Below are positions 1-10,836 of a DNA stretch of 25,925 nucleotides, piece by piece (the stretch's first letter is position 1; each line of letters opens with the position of its first letter). Made by a program: the position numbers and the translations under genes. Origin of the DNA: Chiloscyllium plagiosum (Eukaryota); the NCBI RefSeq assembly GCF_004010195.1, contig NC_057718.1, positions 22,268,026 through 22,293,950 of the forward strand. The letters are read 5' to 3'. The notes beneath the pieces were generated by a model. That model was not told the origin of the DNA and did no database searches. It was given only the letters and a program-made list of their open reading frames with translations.

Positions 1-129
1 ACATAGCAAGTGAATGCTGTGAGCTAAGACAATGGGTGGCAGAGTTTTTGATGATGTCAAGTTTAAGAAGGGGATCGTGGGAGTCAGGAGTGTGTTGCAG
101 TTGTTGCTAGTTGAGATTCCAATGAATGG

Positions 130-453
130 AGGCCTAGAAATAAGGTCACAGGTTAAATATAAGGGGTCTCCCATTTACGACCAAGATTAGGGATTTCTTC
201 GCTCAGATGATTTTAGTGTTTAGAATTCTCTTCACCAGAGAGCAGCGGAAGCTATGTCATTGAACATATTCAAGGCTGAGTGTGACAAATTTAGATAAAC
301 AAGGAGTTGGACAGGGAGTGGAGAAGGTGGACATGGTAGGCAGGAAAGTGGAGTCAAGGCCACAATAAGATCAGGCATGATTTTACTGAATGGTGGAGCA
401 CAAATGATGGGCAAATGTCCTAATCCTGCAGCTATATCTTCAGTTTCTATGTT
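130..453 (+). mobile_element. Decayed CR1-type LINE 3' end (ORF2 tail and 3' UTR)
   Basis: Resembles the CR1 terminus (gtcaca..aaggggtctcccattt..attcaaggctgag..caggaaagtggagt..agatcaggcatgat). Matches the 3' end of the copy at about 24260-24555 in this window. Confidence 0.75.
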
Positions 454-479
454 AAGAGTATAGAGGAAAATATAGAGGA

Positions 480-960
480 TTTCAGCAGCAGGTTAGCAGA
501 GATTGCACGAGGTCAGATGATTGTATTGGGGATGGAAATAGACGATCTTAGTTTGAGGTTGGAAGCTCATCTCAGGATCAAATATGACACCAAGGTTGCA
601 AACAGATTGGCTTAGTCTCAGAGTGTTGCTGAGGAGAAGGATGGAGTCAGTAGTTAGGGAACCATGTTTGGAGTGAATACAAACAATGGCTTCAGTTTTC
701 ACAATATAGAATTAATAGAAATTTGTGGTCATCCAGTAATGAATGCCACATAAGCAGTCTGATAATTTAACGGCAGAAGAAATGAATGAAATAGTGGTAA
801 GGGAAAGTTGAATGTTGTCAACATAAATGTGAAAAGACCATATGGTTGGAAAATAAGAGGGGTTCCGGGATAGGTCCTTGGGTATACCAGATGTAAAGTT
901 GTAGGATCAGATAGAGAAGCATTGCAAGTCAGTCTCTGGCTGCAATGAGATAGAATTCAA
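480..960 (-). mobile_element. L2-type LINE reverse-transcriptase fragment
   Basis: Minus-strand translation gives decayed SGIPQGPIPEPLLF (GVPQGSxLGPLLF), FHIYVDNIQL (YADD box) and KTEAIV..VCNLGVIFDPEMSF (ORF 493..702). Confidence 0.8.
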
Positions 961-1115
961 ATAAAAGAAAAATCAACAATTACAACCAAGCTTATACATT
1001 ACATCTTGAATTTTTGATTCCTCAGCGAGATTGCAGAATCTGGACAATTCCAATCTTCTTGAACACAACCAAGAATGTGTGCGTTTTCAATCGGGTGGCT
1101 AGATTTTATAGCAGT

Positions 1116-1205
1116 TGAAACTTTATTGCTGGAACAGCACAGCAGGTCAGGCAGCATCCAGGGAACAGGAGATTCGACGTTTCGGGCACAGGCCCTTCTT
1201 CAGGA
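1116..1205 (-). mobile_element. Short Penelope-like element terminal fragment (about 90 bp) with 13-bp target-site duplication
   Basis: Homologous to the terminal part of the GIY-YIG-bearing PLE at 13706-14214. Flanked by the exact direct repeat ATTTTATAGCAGT at 1103-1115 and 1206-1218. Confidence 0.85.
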
Positions 1206-1207
1206 AT
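1172..1207 (-). ncRNA. Minimal type I hammerhead ribozyme motif (PLE-associated), copy 1
   Basis: Minus strand reads AUUC-CUGAAGA-A-GGGC-CUGU-GCCC-GAAAC-GUC-GAAU: CUGANGA and GAAA core boxes, 4-bp stem II, palindromic ACGU stem III, GUC triplet, 4-bp stem I. Predicted cut between 1176 and 1175. Confidence 0.8.
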
Positions 1208-1273
1208 TTTATAGCAGTCATGCTTGTCGCCCTTCCAGAAGGATTTCAGAGGCAGCTGCAGGAGTTGCTGAAA

Positions 1274-1582
1274 TTAGAATTAGAATGAGAATTAGCTTTT
1301 ATTGTTACATGTACTCACTCACATGAGTACAATGAAAAGTTAACAAGCTGCAACTTATGGTGCTATCTTAGGTACAAATGTACCTAGGCACAGAATCTTG
1401 GTATAAAGCAGAAAAATAAAGGGAGCAAGTTAAGAGTTAAACATTATAGTCCTTCGTACTAATACATAGAAGGACAGAGAAACACAGATAATAGTTCAAC
1501 ATCACAGTCCATAAATGCCTGGCCATGCTTGGCTCGCATGCCTCACATCAGTTCCACCATGTCCCCACCGCTGCCTCTGACG
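1274..1582 (-). mobile_element. 3' end of a non-autonomous retroposon with (TTCTAA)n-like tail (duplicated at 2421-2729)
   Basis: Minus strand ends ..GTAACAATAAAAGCTAATTCTCATTCTAATTCTAA. An 8-bp stem-loop TGTACTCA-ctcaca-TGAGTACA (1310-1331) lies just before the tail, as in LINE-mobilised 3' ends. Confidence 0.55.
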
Positions 1583-2240
1583 ACCTGCTCCCTCTCTCAC
1601 CCTCCCCTGGAACTGCCTGCTCCTCTCACCCTTCCTCTGAGACTGCCTGCTCACTCTCTCACACTCCCCTGAGACTGCCTGCTCCTCTCACCCTTCCTCT
1701 GAGACTGCCTGCTCCCTCTCTCACCCTCCTCTGGGACTGCATTCTCCCTCTCTCACCCTCCCCTGAGACTGCCTGCTCCTCTCACCCTTCCTCTGAGACT
1801 GCCTGCTCCCTCTCTCACCCTCCTCTGGGACTGCATTCTCCCTCTCTCACCCTCCCCTGAGACTGCCTGCTCCTCTCACCCTTCCTCTGAGACTGCCTGC
1901 TCCCTCTCTCACCCTCCTCTGGGACTGCATTCTCCCTCTCTCACCCTCCCCTGAGACTGCCTGCTCCTCTCACCCTTCCTCTGAGACTGCCTGCTCCCTC
2001 TCTCACCCTCCTCTGGGACTGCATTCTCCCTCTCTCACCCTCCCCTGAGACTGTCTGCTCCCTCTCTCACCCTCCCCTGGGACTGCCTGCTCCCTCTCTC
2101 ACCCTCCCCTGGAACTGCCTGCTCCTCTCACCCTTCCTCTGAGACTGCCTGCTCCCTCTCTCACCCTCCCCCTGGGACTGCCTGCTCCCTCTCTCACCCT
2201 CCCCTGGGACTGCCTGCTCCCTCTCTCACCCTCCCCTGGG
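1583..2240 (+). repeat. Pyrimidine-rich minisatellite array 1 (30/32-bp units)
   Basis: Units such as GACTGCCTGCTCCCTCTCTCACCCTCCCCTGG (32 bp) and GACTGCCTGCTCCTCTCACCCTTCCTCTGA (30 bp), about 21 units. A 94-bp higher-order repeat occurs four times. Confidence 0.97.
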
Positions 2241-2352
2241 TGCAGATGCTGGAGATCAAAGTTGAAACTTTATTGCTGGAACAGCACAGCAGGTCAGGCA
2301 GCATCCAGGGAACAGGAGATTCGACGTTTCGGGCACAGGCCCTTCTTCAGGA
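2241..2352 (-). mobile_element. Penelope-like terminal fragment, copy 2 (longer at its 3' end)
   Basis: Identical to 1114-1205 plus TGCAGATGCTGGAGATCAAA (2241-2260). The reverse complement of that extension (TCTCCAGCATCTGCA) also appears in the PLE end at about 23561-23575. Confidence 0.85.
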
Positions 2353-2354
2353 AT
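2319..2354 (-). ncRNA. Minimal type I hammerhead ribozyme motif, copy 2
   Basis: Identical to 1172-1207. Predicted cut between 2323 and 2322. Confidence 0.8.
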
Positions 2355-2729
2355 TTTATAGCAGTCATGCTTGTCGCCCTTCCAGAAGGATTTCAGAGGC
2401 AGCTGCAGGAGTTGCTGAAATTAGAATTAGAATGAGAATTAGCTTTTATTGTTACATGTACTCACTCACATGAGTACAATGAAAAGTTAACAAGCTGCAA
2501 CTTATGGTGCTATCTTAGGTACAAATGTACCTAGGCACAGAATCTTGGTATAAAGCAGAAAAATAAAGGGAGCAAGTTAAGAGTTAAACATTATAGTCCT
2601 TCGTACTAATACATAGAAGGACAGAGAAACACAGTTAATAGTTCAACATCACAGTCCATAAATGCCTGGCCATGCTGGGCTCGCATGCCTCACATCGGTT
2701 CCACCATGTCCCCACCGCTGCCTCTGATG

Positions 2730-3152
2730 ACCTGCTCCCTCTCTCACCCTCCCCTGGAACTGCCTGCTCCTCTCACCCTTCCTCTGAGACTGCCCGCTCC
2801 CTCTCTCCTCCTCCCCTGAGACTGTCTGCTCTCTCTCTCACCCTCCCCTGGGACTGCCTGCTCCCTCTCTCACCCTCCCCTGGAACTGCCTGCTCCCTCT
2901 CTCACCCTCCCCTGAGACTGCCTGCTCCTCTCACCCTTCCTCTGAGACTGCCCGCTCCCTCTCTCCTCCTCCCCTGAGACTGTCTGCTCTCTCTCTCACC
3001 CTCCCCTGGGACTGCCTGCTCCCTCTCTCACCCTCCCTCTGGGACTGCCTCCTCCCTCTCTCACCCTCCCCACGGGTCTGCTTGCTCCCTCTCTCACCCT
3101 CCCTCTGGGACTGCCTCCTCCCTCTCTCACCCTCCCCCCGGGTCTGCTTGCT
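2730..3152 (+). repeat. Pyrimidine-rich minisatellite array 2 (30/32-bp units)
   Basis: Same unit family as array 1, about 13 units, with different variant units. Confidence 0.97.
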
Positions 3153-3696
3153 CTTGTTGTTTGAAATGTCCATCTTGGTTCTCTAGCAGCAGGCTGCAAC
3201 TGTGAAGAAAAAAATAATACAACAAGTAGTTTTCCAATTCTCATCCATCACATGCTCCTCATGCCCCACTCTTCTCAATCTATGCCTCCCCTCCCCCGTC
3301 CCCATGGATTCTCATATCCTCTGTGCTAATCTCTTTGCCTCTACTTACCTCATACCCTTTTTAGAGCTCCATTCCAGCATAGTACCAACTCATGCTAACC
3401 AGTGCTGTCCAGCCACCACCCTTTACCCTTCCACCCTCCATGACAACTCAACCAGTATCCACTGTCTGCAGACCCGAGGACACATACTGAGATTAAATAA
3501 AGTTCTTAAATGTCTATTGATGAATTCAATAATTACAAAAAAAACTCTCATTCATTAAAAAAAAACAGCCACTACATTTAACTTCCTTCATACACTCTAA
3601 CAATTAGATGCCACATTAATAATCCCAAGATGTTCACTTTCATGACTCATTCCAAATGTAAATATAAATGTTTGAACAAACACATTCACAAGTTAG

Positions 3697-4212
3697 CTTG
3701 CATCTGTATAATAACTTTCACATTCTCAGAATGTCTCCACCACTTCATAGCGAATAAAACAGTTTTAAATGTAGTCAGTTGTATTGCAGAGAAAAAATGA
3801 TGGCTAGTCATATCAGGTGACACAAACAACAATGTGATAAATGGCAACATAATCTACTTTGTGATGTTGCTTGAAGTCTAGTTGTTTTACAGGTTGTCAG
3901 AAGAACTATCATGCTTCATCTAGTGACCCTGGGGTGTTATAAATCCACTTGCTGTGATAGATTCAACATCACTTTAACATATGTGATATTGACAGAGCAG
4001 TCAGAACATCATGGACAGAACAAGCCCCTTTACCAGCACTGCCTTTATGTCCTCCCTAGCAGCACTTCCCATGTTATGCCCCTTAGCGCTAAAGCCATCA
4101 TAGACACATATTGTACTGAATTGTCAGCCTGGTACTCCAATCTCTGGAGTGGAGCTCGAAGTTACAACCTTCCGATTCAGATGTGACAGACTTCCATTGA
4201 ATCCAGGCTGAT
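3697..4212 (-). mobile_element. SacSINE1-like DeuSINE, decayed, with internal insertion at about 4000-4110
   Basis: Tail ttgcatctgtatata..tttcac, Deu-like body (cacaaacaacaatgtgataa..gtgatgttg.ttga), tRNA-like head (ctctggagtggagctcgaa..acaaccttccgattcaga). Confidence 0.65.
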
Positions 4213-5019
4213 GCTTTCTGTATTGGTCGCCTTTAATTAATTCGACAGTGTCCCTTTATTCTTGATTAGCCTTTACCATACCTTTTATGATCTTTTGTAT
4301 CCATTTGAAGACCTACACACATATAGATACTTCACAGGGTGAGAGGTCCAGTGAGGTCCAGGTTTTTATCATTACTCAGATTCCTGATATTAGGTATCAA
4401 CTTTATTTTGGCTTATCTTGGGACTTCCTGCAAGGCTTGGCTATCTCTCTTGTTTCTCAGCAACCTGAACTGGACACAATATTAAAGGCCATGTGTCATT
4501 TGATGCCAGTTCCTTTTCGTTTCTATTCTACTATTCTAGGTATATATGTTTGACAGTCTGTTGGTTTTATTGTATTCTATTCTGTATTTTTTGACTGCAT
4601 TGATTGTCCAGTCTTCACAGGCCTCGTGGTTTCTCTCAGTTGTGCTCTTAGCCATTTCCACACCATTCACCAACTATAATTTAATCTCGGTAATGGGAGG
4701 CTTGCTTGCTGGTTGGAAACCAGCTGAAAGCTTCACGTCATCTCCATCAGGCACGGCCTGTTGGATGAAATGCCTAAGTGGCTAGCCTAAGAGGCTTTTC
4801 CTGTGATCAAGGACTCTGAGTCAGATATCTTCCTTGGGCTAATCAGGGGATGGTTAGGGAGGAGGCGGTATCCCAACTTGATGCTGTCCTGCCCAACTAA
4901 GAGCCCACCGCACCTACCAATCTGCCATGGGTCTGTGCTTTAAAAGCCATCCAAGGAATGCCATCCATTATGCCTTCCCACAATCTGCAGTTTATATTTG
5001 TTAGCACGAAAACAGATCT

Positions 5020-5480
5020 GCCTTGGTCTAGCCATTTCCTCTAATTTTATCTACGTCATTTTGAATGTTCTCAGCTGTCTCCTTTGGTTCCAGTACCTCA
5101 CCAAATTTGGAATCTGCAAATCTGAGCAAATTGCATTGGGTTTCTGGAATTGATGTAAGTTAGAAATAGCAGAAGTCTCTACATTGCACTCCACTCAGCT
5201 CTTTCTCAAGTTCCTGACATCTTTTAAAACTTCATCTCCCATCTGTTTATCAACACTAAGTATTGTCCTGAAATCCCATTGTTTCCAACTTCTGTGTTTA
5301 AATTTCTGAAATGGCTTTGGAAACCTTAGCTGCATAGTACCATACAGTCTAATTTGGCCTGCCACTTACTCTGACAAATATAAAATGAATATCAAGCAGT
5401 GTTTTCCCTTTCTAAAGCCAAACTGACTGTCATTCACTGGGCTGTTGTCCAGATAATCTCTATGTTTACTCCTGATAATC
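5020..5480 (-). mobile_element. Highly decayed CR1 RT fragment
   Basis: Minus strand gives LRFADSKFG (KFADDTKLG box, about 5100-5127) and a QFGFRKGK-like motif (about 5400-5430) in the correct order. Confidence 0.5.
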
Positions 5481-6034
5481 AGCTGCATTAGGGAATTGGA
5501 GTGACTCAATTTCACCCATGTCTGTTCCACCACCCACTTTTGAATGTGGGCAATACAACATGCTGGTACTTTTCTGGTGCCTGTTGACTTTCATCTCTGG
5601 ATTGTCAGTGCATTTGTAAGCTCACTTACTCACCTACCCCTTGGGCAACTGCCAGCATCGTTGAAACAATACTGCATTATGAGTCAAGGGCACATACAGA
5701 TCAAAAAGAAGCTATTACAATGTTGCGGCAGTCTGCTATCACTCAGTGGAATACTGTGCAAGAGTACTTTCAATGTAAAATATCAATTCTTATGGATGTG
5801 AAGGTTACTGTTTATTCTCTGAGTGGTAGGGAAAAAATGTAGTTATTATTTGAAGTCACAATGTGGGCGATCTTTTGTTGAGCAGACGTAGAGCAGTTGG
5901 TGGGGGTGGAGGCAGTGTATTGATTATAGAAAGGACTGAGTCATTGATTTGAATTATCTGCATTACTGGATAATGCAGTAAGCTTTATTCATTTTTGCAT
6001 CTTGAGTATTAGTGAATTAAAATAGATAGTATCT

Positions 6035-6596
6035 TAGGTGCAATCCATCTTCAGCTGCTTCACCGATGAGCTTCTGTCTATCATAAGGTCAGAGGTGAGG
6101 ATTTGATTTATGATTGCATAATATTTGCTACCACCTGCAGTTCATAAGTTACTGAAACAATTTGTAATAAGACCTGGACAACAGTCAGGTGTGGGCTGAT
6201 AAGTGGCAAGTAACATTCGCATGCTACACAAGTGCCATGCAAAAATTATCTCCAACAACAGAGATTCTAACCATCACCCCTTGACCCCAATGGAATTACC
6301 ATTGCTAAATCCCATAATATCAACAACTTGGAGTTACCATTGATCAGAACCTGGACAAGACTAGTCATATACATGCAGTGGTTACAAAAGCAAGTCAGAG
6401 GCAGGAAGCTTTGTTGCAAATAACTCACCACTCGATTCCCCAAAGCCTCTCCAAAATCTACAAGGCACAAGTCAGGAGTGTGATAGAATACTGTCCACTT
6501 GCCTGATGAGTGCAACTCCAACAGCACTTGGCACCATAACAAAGCAGTCTGTTTGAGTCACATCACACCCTCAAACATTCACTCCTCCACCACCAA
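6035..6596 (+). mobile_element. CR1/L2-group LINE RT C-terminal fragment
   Basis: Decayed IFSCFTDELLSIIRSEV, DLDNSQVWADKWQVTF and SKIYKAQVRSVIEYCPLA. Same family as 12455-13121. Confidence 0.8.
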
Positions 6597-6604
6597 TGTT
6601 GAGT

Positions 6605-6757
6605 CGTCTTATACCTCTCTTTCCTCCTTTAAGACATTCCTTTAACGCTATCTCTTTGACCAAGCTTTTGGCCACCTGTTTTAACAGATCCAATAAAGCA
6701 CTTTGTCATTTATTTACTGCATTAAAGGGTTGTATAAATCCAGTTTGTTGTAGTTGT
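6605..6757 (+). mobile_element. L2-type 3' tail
   Basis: tcctcctttaagaca..ctctttgaccaagcttttgg..ttaaagg..tataaat..gttgt resembles L2/DeuSINE 3' ends. Confidence 0.55.
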
Positions 6758-6989
6758 TTTTCAATGTATATTCTTACTTCAGTCAGTAGGGTGCCCAACC
6801 ACAAAATCTTTGCTGTAATGTAGTTTCATTCAGGATATGAGGTAATCCAAATACTTGATGTGTGTTCAAGGAAAAAAGACCATGGATTTGTCTTCTCCAA
6901 CCAACAGCTAAAATAAACAAAGGTTGAAAAGAGAATGAGAATTCTGATCAATGCTGGATTACCTGATACTGATCAATATTAAAATTCTG

Positions 6990-7881
6990 CTGTTTTGGAC
7001 AGTGAAGGTTACATCAGAGTACAACAGGATCTTGATCAGATCGGCCAATGGGCTGAAGAGTGGCAGATGGGGTTTAATGTAGATGAATGTGAGGTGCTAC
7101 ATTTTGGGTAAATCAGGGCAGGACTTAAACACCTCATTTTAAGGTTCTGGGTAGTGTTGCCAAACAGAGACTTTTAAGTGCAGGTTCATAGTTCCTTGAA
7201 AGTGGAATCGCAGGTAGATGGGATAGTGAAGAAGGCATTTGGTTTGCTTGTCTTTATTGGTCAATGCATTGAGTATAGGAGTTGGAATGTCATGTTGTGG
7301 CTGTACAGGACATTGGTTTAGGCCTTTATCTGCAATTCTGCGTGCAATTCTGGTTTTCCTGCTATAGGAAGAACGTTGTGAAACTTGAAAGGGTTCAGAA
7401 AAGATTTACAAGAATTTTGCCAGGGTTGGAGGGTTTGAGATATAAGGAGAGAGTAAAGAGAGGGTTTTTTTCTCTGGAGCGTCAGAGGCTGGGGGGTGAC
7501 CTTATAGAGGTTTGTAAAATTATGAGGGGCATGGATAGGATAAGTAAACAAGGATTTTTCCCTAGAGTGGGGAGGCCAAAACTAGAGGTCATAGGTTTAA
7601 GGTGAGAAGGGAAACATATAAAGGGACCTATGGGGCAACTTTTTCATGCAAAGGGTGGTACGTGTATGGAATGACCTGCCAGAGGAAGTGGTGGAGTTTG
7701 GTACAATTACAACATTTAAAAGGCATTTGGATGGGTATATGAATAGGAAGGATTTAGAGGGACATGGGCAAATGCTGGCAAATGGGACTAGATTACATTG
7801 GGATATCTGGTTGGCATGGACGAATTGGACTGAAGGGTCTGTTTCCATGTTGTACATCACTATGACTTTGACTCTGTGACT
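6990..7881 (+). mobile_element. CR1 (HER1-like) LINE, 5'-truncated
   Basis: QQDLDQIGQWAEEWQM, CVQFWFSCYRKNVVKLERVQKRFTRILPGL, RVVRVWNDLP; ends gaagggtctgtttccatgttgtac..(tgactc)n. Confidence 0.93.
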
Positions 7882-10139
7882 GACAGGTGCCTCCAGGGAG
7901 GATTACTCTCCTAAAACTTTGTGAAATGGCTACTGTGAGCATGCAGGTAGGTGCTATGTGACTGAACACTAAATGAGCAAGTGAGCATCCCTGAAATACA
8001 GCCAGTTCTAAACCATGAGTTGGTGCTGTGGCCTTGCAGCAGCCTTTCAAAGCTAGTAGCTAGTGCACCAAGCAATGCTGGTCTGTGTTACCTAAATGTC
8101 CTGCAACTGGATTGGAGGGAAGCCATGGGGATCCTGAGGAGTTGTAATTATCAAACACTAATGTGCATGGAGGAGGGGCATGTGCGACTGCTGCCCACTG
8201 ATTGTGCCGTGAGATACTGTTGAGTGGTGAGGAACATGGAGGGGCCTTTACAGCTAGTGGTGAGCTGACTCCATGTACCTTCTCTAATTTCCATGCTGAA
8301 AGTTTTCATGCTGTGTAATTGCTAAGGTAATTAGCAAGCAACAATCTCCCTAATAGGCAACTCACTAAGTCATAGTGAGAATCTTGCCTCACTGCTGGAA
8401 CTTGCTAAAAAGATGTATCAAGTTGCTCTCGACATTGAGGTATGCCAAGCGAGACTTCTCATATGATTCTGTTACATTTTTTACCATACTCCATATCATT
8501 CAGGCCCTTATAAGATCCATCCATTTTTTATTGGTATTACATTATTTTTAACCTGTGTTATGTGACTCTACTGCCACTGTTTAATTTAAGTCCATTACTC
8601 TTGCCCAGAGTATCTCTTCAATGTCCCCATTTCAATCAAGGCACTGAGGCACTTGTTTTTCATTTACTGCACAATGTCTCAATTTTTTCATTTGCCACAG
8701 TAAATCATGTCTAAGGTGGCAACATTCAATGATGATAATATAATCTTTGAAATTGCAGTGATTAAAAAAGAAACTCAACATGTGCAGAAGTTTGCGAATA
8801 TCATTACTCTTGGATTCGGACTATCCTGCTCTTTGTGTTTGAAAGTGATGGCTGCAGCGATAATGTAGCAAAATCTCAATCTATTCTTGTGTTATTATAG
8901 TTAACTCGGAACATAAATTTCCTGACACATCGATCATGTTACCATTCCACACCTTCCATTAACCTGGCACTGCTAATAGTGTACAGATTTTAATAAGAAA
9001 CATTGCTTTTATCTGACTTGCCAATCACACAAACCATATTTAAGAGTGAGTGTTAAATCAAATGAAGATGAAAAAAAGACCAAGCATCAGTAAAACCTAC
9101 CATATATTATAGTGTGACCTGTGCATACAATACTTTTGTATGATAGGAAATATGATAATCAATTATGTGAGACCTAGCCTTTATGATTGGACTCTGACTG
9201 GGGAAATGTCTTTTCCCTCATTATCAATGACTCATGAGGAAATAATATTTCCACGGTTGCGAGCAGCTCCTCAACCTGCCCAAAGTTGAACCAGGTTTCC
9301 AAAGGCAGGCTCAGGAGTCACCATCTAACCAGTTCAGCAGGCAGTAAATTGCACCACCCTGTTCTGTGAACTTTCTGAATGTGCAGGAATTCTGAACAGT
9401 AATTCAGACACGAATTCTGCATGCCTCAACATCCCCACTGCTCATTCCCTGGTAAAGACACTTGATTGTCTCTAAAACTTGTCGTGGGTGGGCAGCTTGA
9501 AATCCCAGCTCCAATTCCTAATGTTACTGTGCCACATTGGCTACAAATGGGGTCAGTCAAGAATTGTCAATTGGCTGCATTCTTAAGTCTGTTTCATTGT
9601 GCAATATTGGGGGGAACTTCTGTATAGGCTGCTGCTTCATCAAAGGCAGATCTTATCTTATTTTTAGGAAACGCTCTCGAATTCCTTAAGATCCATAATT
9701 TACTAAAGTGCTTCCAAATTTCTTTACGATAATGGTTGTGAATTATGTATTTCACAATAGATCTGTTCTAAAGTAAGTGTTCAGCACTGTTTCATAGGAG
9801 CACTGATTGTACCTAGTACAGAAGCAAAAGTTCTGAACCACAGTATTGCCGAGAAACTGCAAATACAATCAGGATTTGACAAAATAAATTGTTTTTCATC
9901 ACGATTATAAATATTCAAGTAGTACTTTTTTTCTCCTGAAGAGAAAGATTTATAATTGTGTTTATTGACAAATTTGATCTTGAAGCACTTCCTAGTACTC
10001 CAAACCAGCCATATTCTGCTTTCTCCTTTTAATTCCAGCTCCTATGTCTACCATAGAGGGAGAAGAAACTCTCCCTCATTAGTCCAAATGTGTTTTTAAA
10101 CTCTCAAATGTAGTTTTTTTGATGTTTACTCACTGTGCA

Positions 10140-10402
10140 TGACTGAATGGTGGGTTGGTCCATTTCAGAGGTCAGGTAAGAATCAATGCAATGCTGTGCA
10201 ATTGGAGTCAGATGATAGGTTCCCTAACAAATGGGGCTTTTAGTCATAATTACTAAGACTAGATTTATATCTCAGATTTATAAATTGACCTTAAGTTTTA
10301 CCAGCTGCCATGTTGGGATTGAACCCATGTTTCCGGGGCATTAGTCTGAGTCTGTGGATTACTTCTAGTCTGATGGCATTATCACTGTGACACTGCCTTC
10401 CC
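10140..10402 (-). mobile_element. tRNA-derived SINE, decayed
   Basis: Minus strand begins GGGAAGGCAGTGTCACAGTGATAATG (A-box-like) and has GGGTTCAATCCC (B box), followed by a shark SINE-like body. Confidence 0.7.
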
Positions 10403-10689
10403 TGAAGTCAATCAGTAGAATGTAGATGTTAGGCTGTGGATTTGCTATCACCAATTTTTTACTAACATTCTTCATGGTAAATTGACCCCAATTTTTCGAG
10501 ATCTCCTCACTGCCCTCTTCATTCAACTTGGGCAAAGCTCCAGTTGGATCCCAGTTCTCTACATAAAATTCTCATCTTTGTTGTTCCACTGATTTATGGT
10601 TTCACATCATACTTTATCTATTGTATGATAACTATCTCAATAACCTCCTCCACCATCCCTACACCCAAGCGTCTCCTTTCCTCTGACTC

Positions 10690-10836
10690 ATGCCTCTTGT
10701 GCGTTGAATAGTTTTTGTGACCTATCCAAATATTCCTCATTTGGCTCATCATTGGCTTAATGGTTTATTCCTCTGTGAAGTGCTTTGAAATGATTGTCAA
10801 TGTGAGAAGCAGCACATAAATGTCAGTGGTTGTTGT
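10690..10836 (+). mobile_element. L2-type 3' tail
   Basis: ctctgtgaagtgctttg..cataaatgtcagtggttgttg, a typical L2/DeuSINE tail. Confidence 0.5.

Larger units (their letters stand above)
1113..3152. repeat. Tandem segmental duplication, period 1147 bp (1113-2240 and 2260-3152)
   Basis: 1113 to about 1640 matches 2260 to about 2787 with four substitutions seen (1488/2635, 1530/2677, 1550/2697, 1581/2728). Each copy ends in the same minisatellite. Confidence 0.95.

Noticed and set aside
1583..3152. CRISPR-like array of about 32-bp repeats
   Set aside because: No unique spacers, units are contiguous, no cas genes, vertebrate context. It is a minisatellite.
1075..3244. Duplicated ORFs (83/77 aa, 111/101 aa) and Arg/Gly/Glu-rich minus-strand ORFs
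   Set aside because: They are translations of the PLE end, the retroposon tail and the minisatellite, with no recognisable domain.
7890..8520. Possible non-autonomous DNA transposon (similar impressions at about 4690-4930 and 9250-9620)
   Set aside because: Composition is suggestive, but I could not identify convincing terminal inverted repeats or TSDs.
8707..8868. 53-codon ORF (MSKVATFNDDNII..) just after an acceptor-like ttttcatttgccacag
   Set aside because: No similarity to RyR or any protein I recognise, and no strong donor. Expected by chance.
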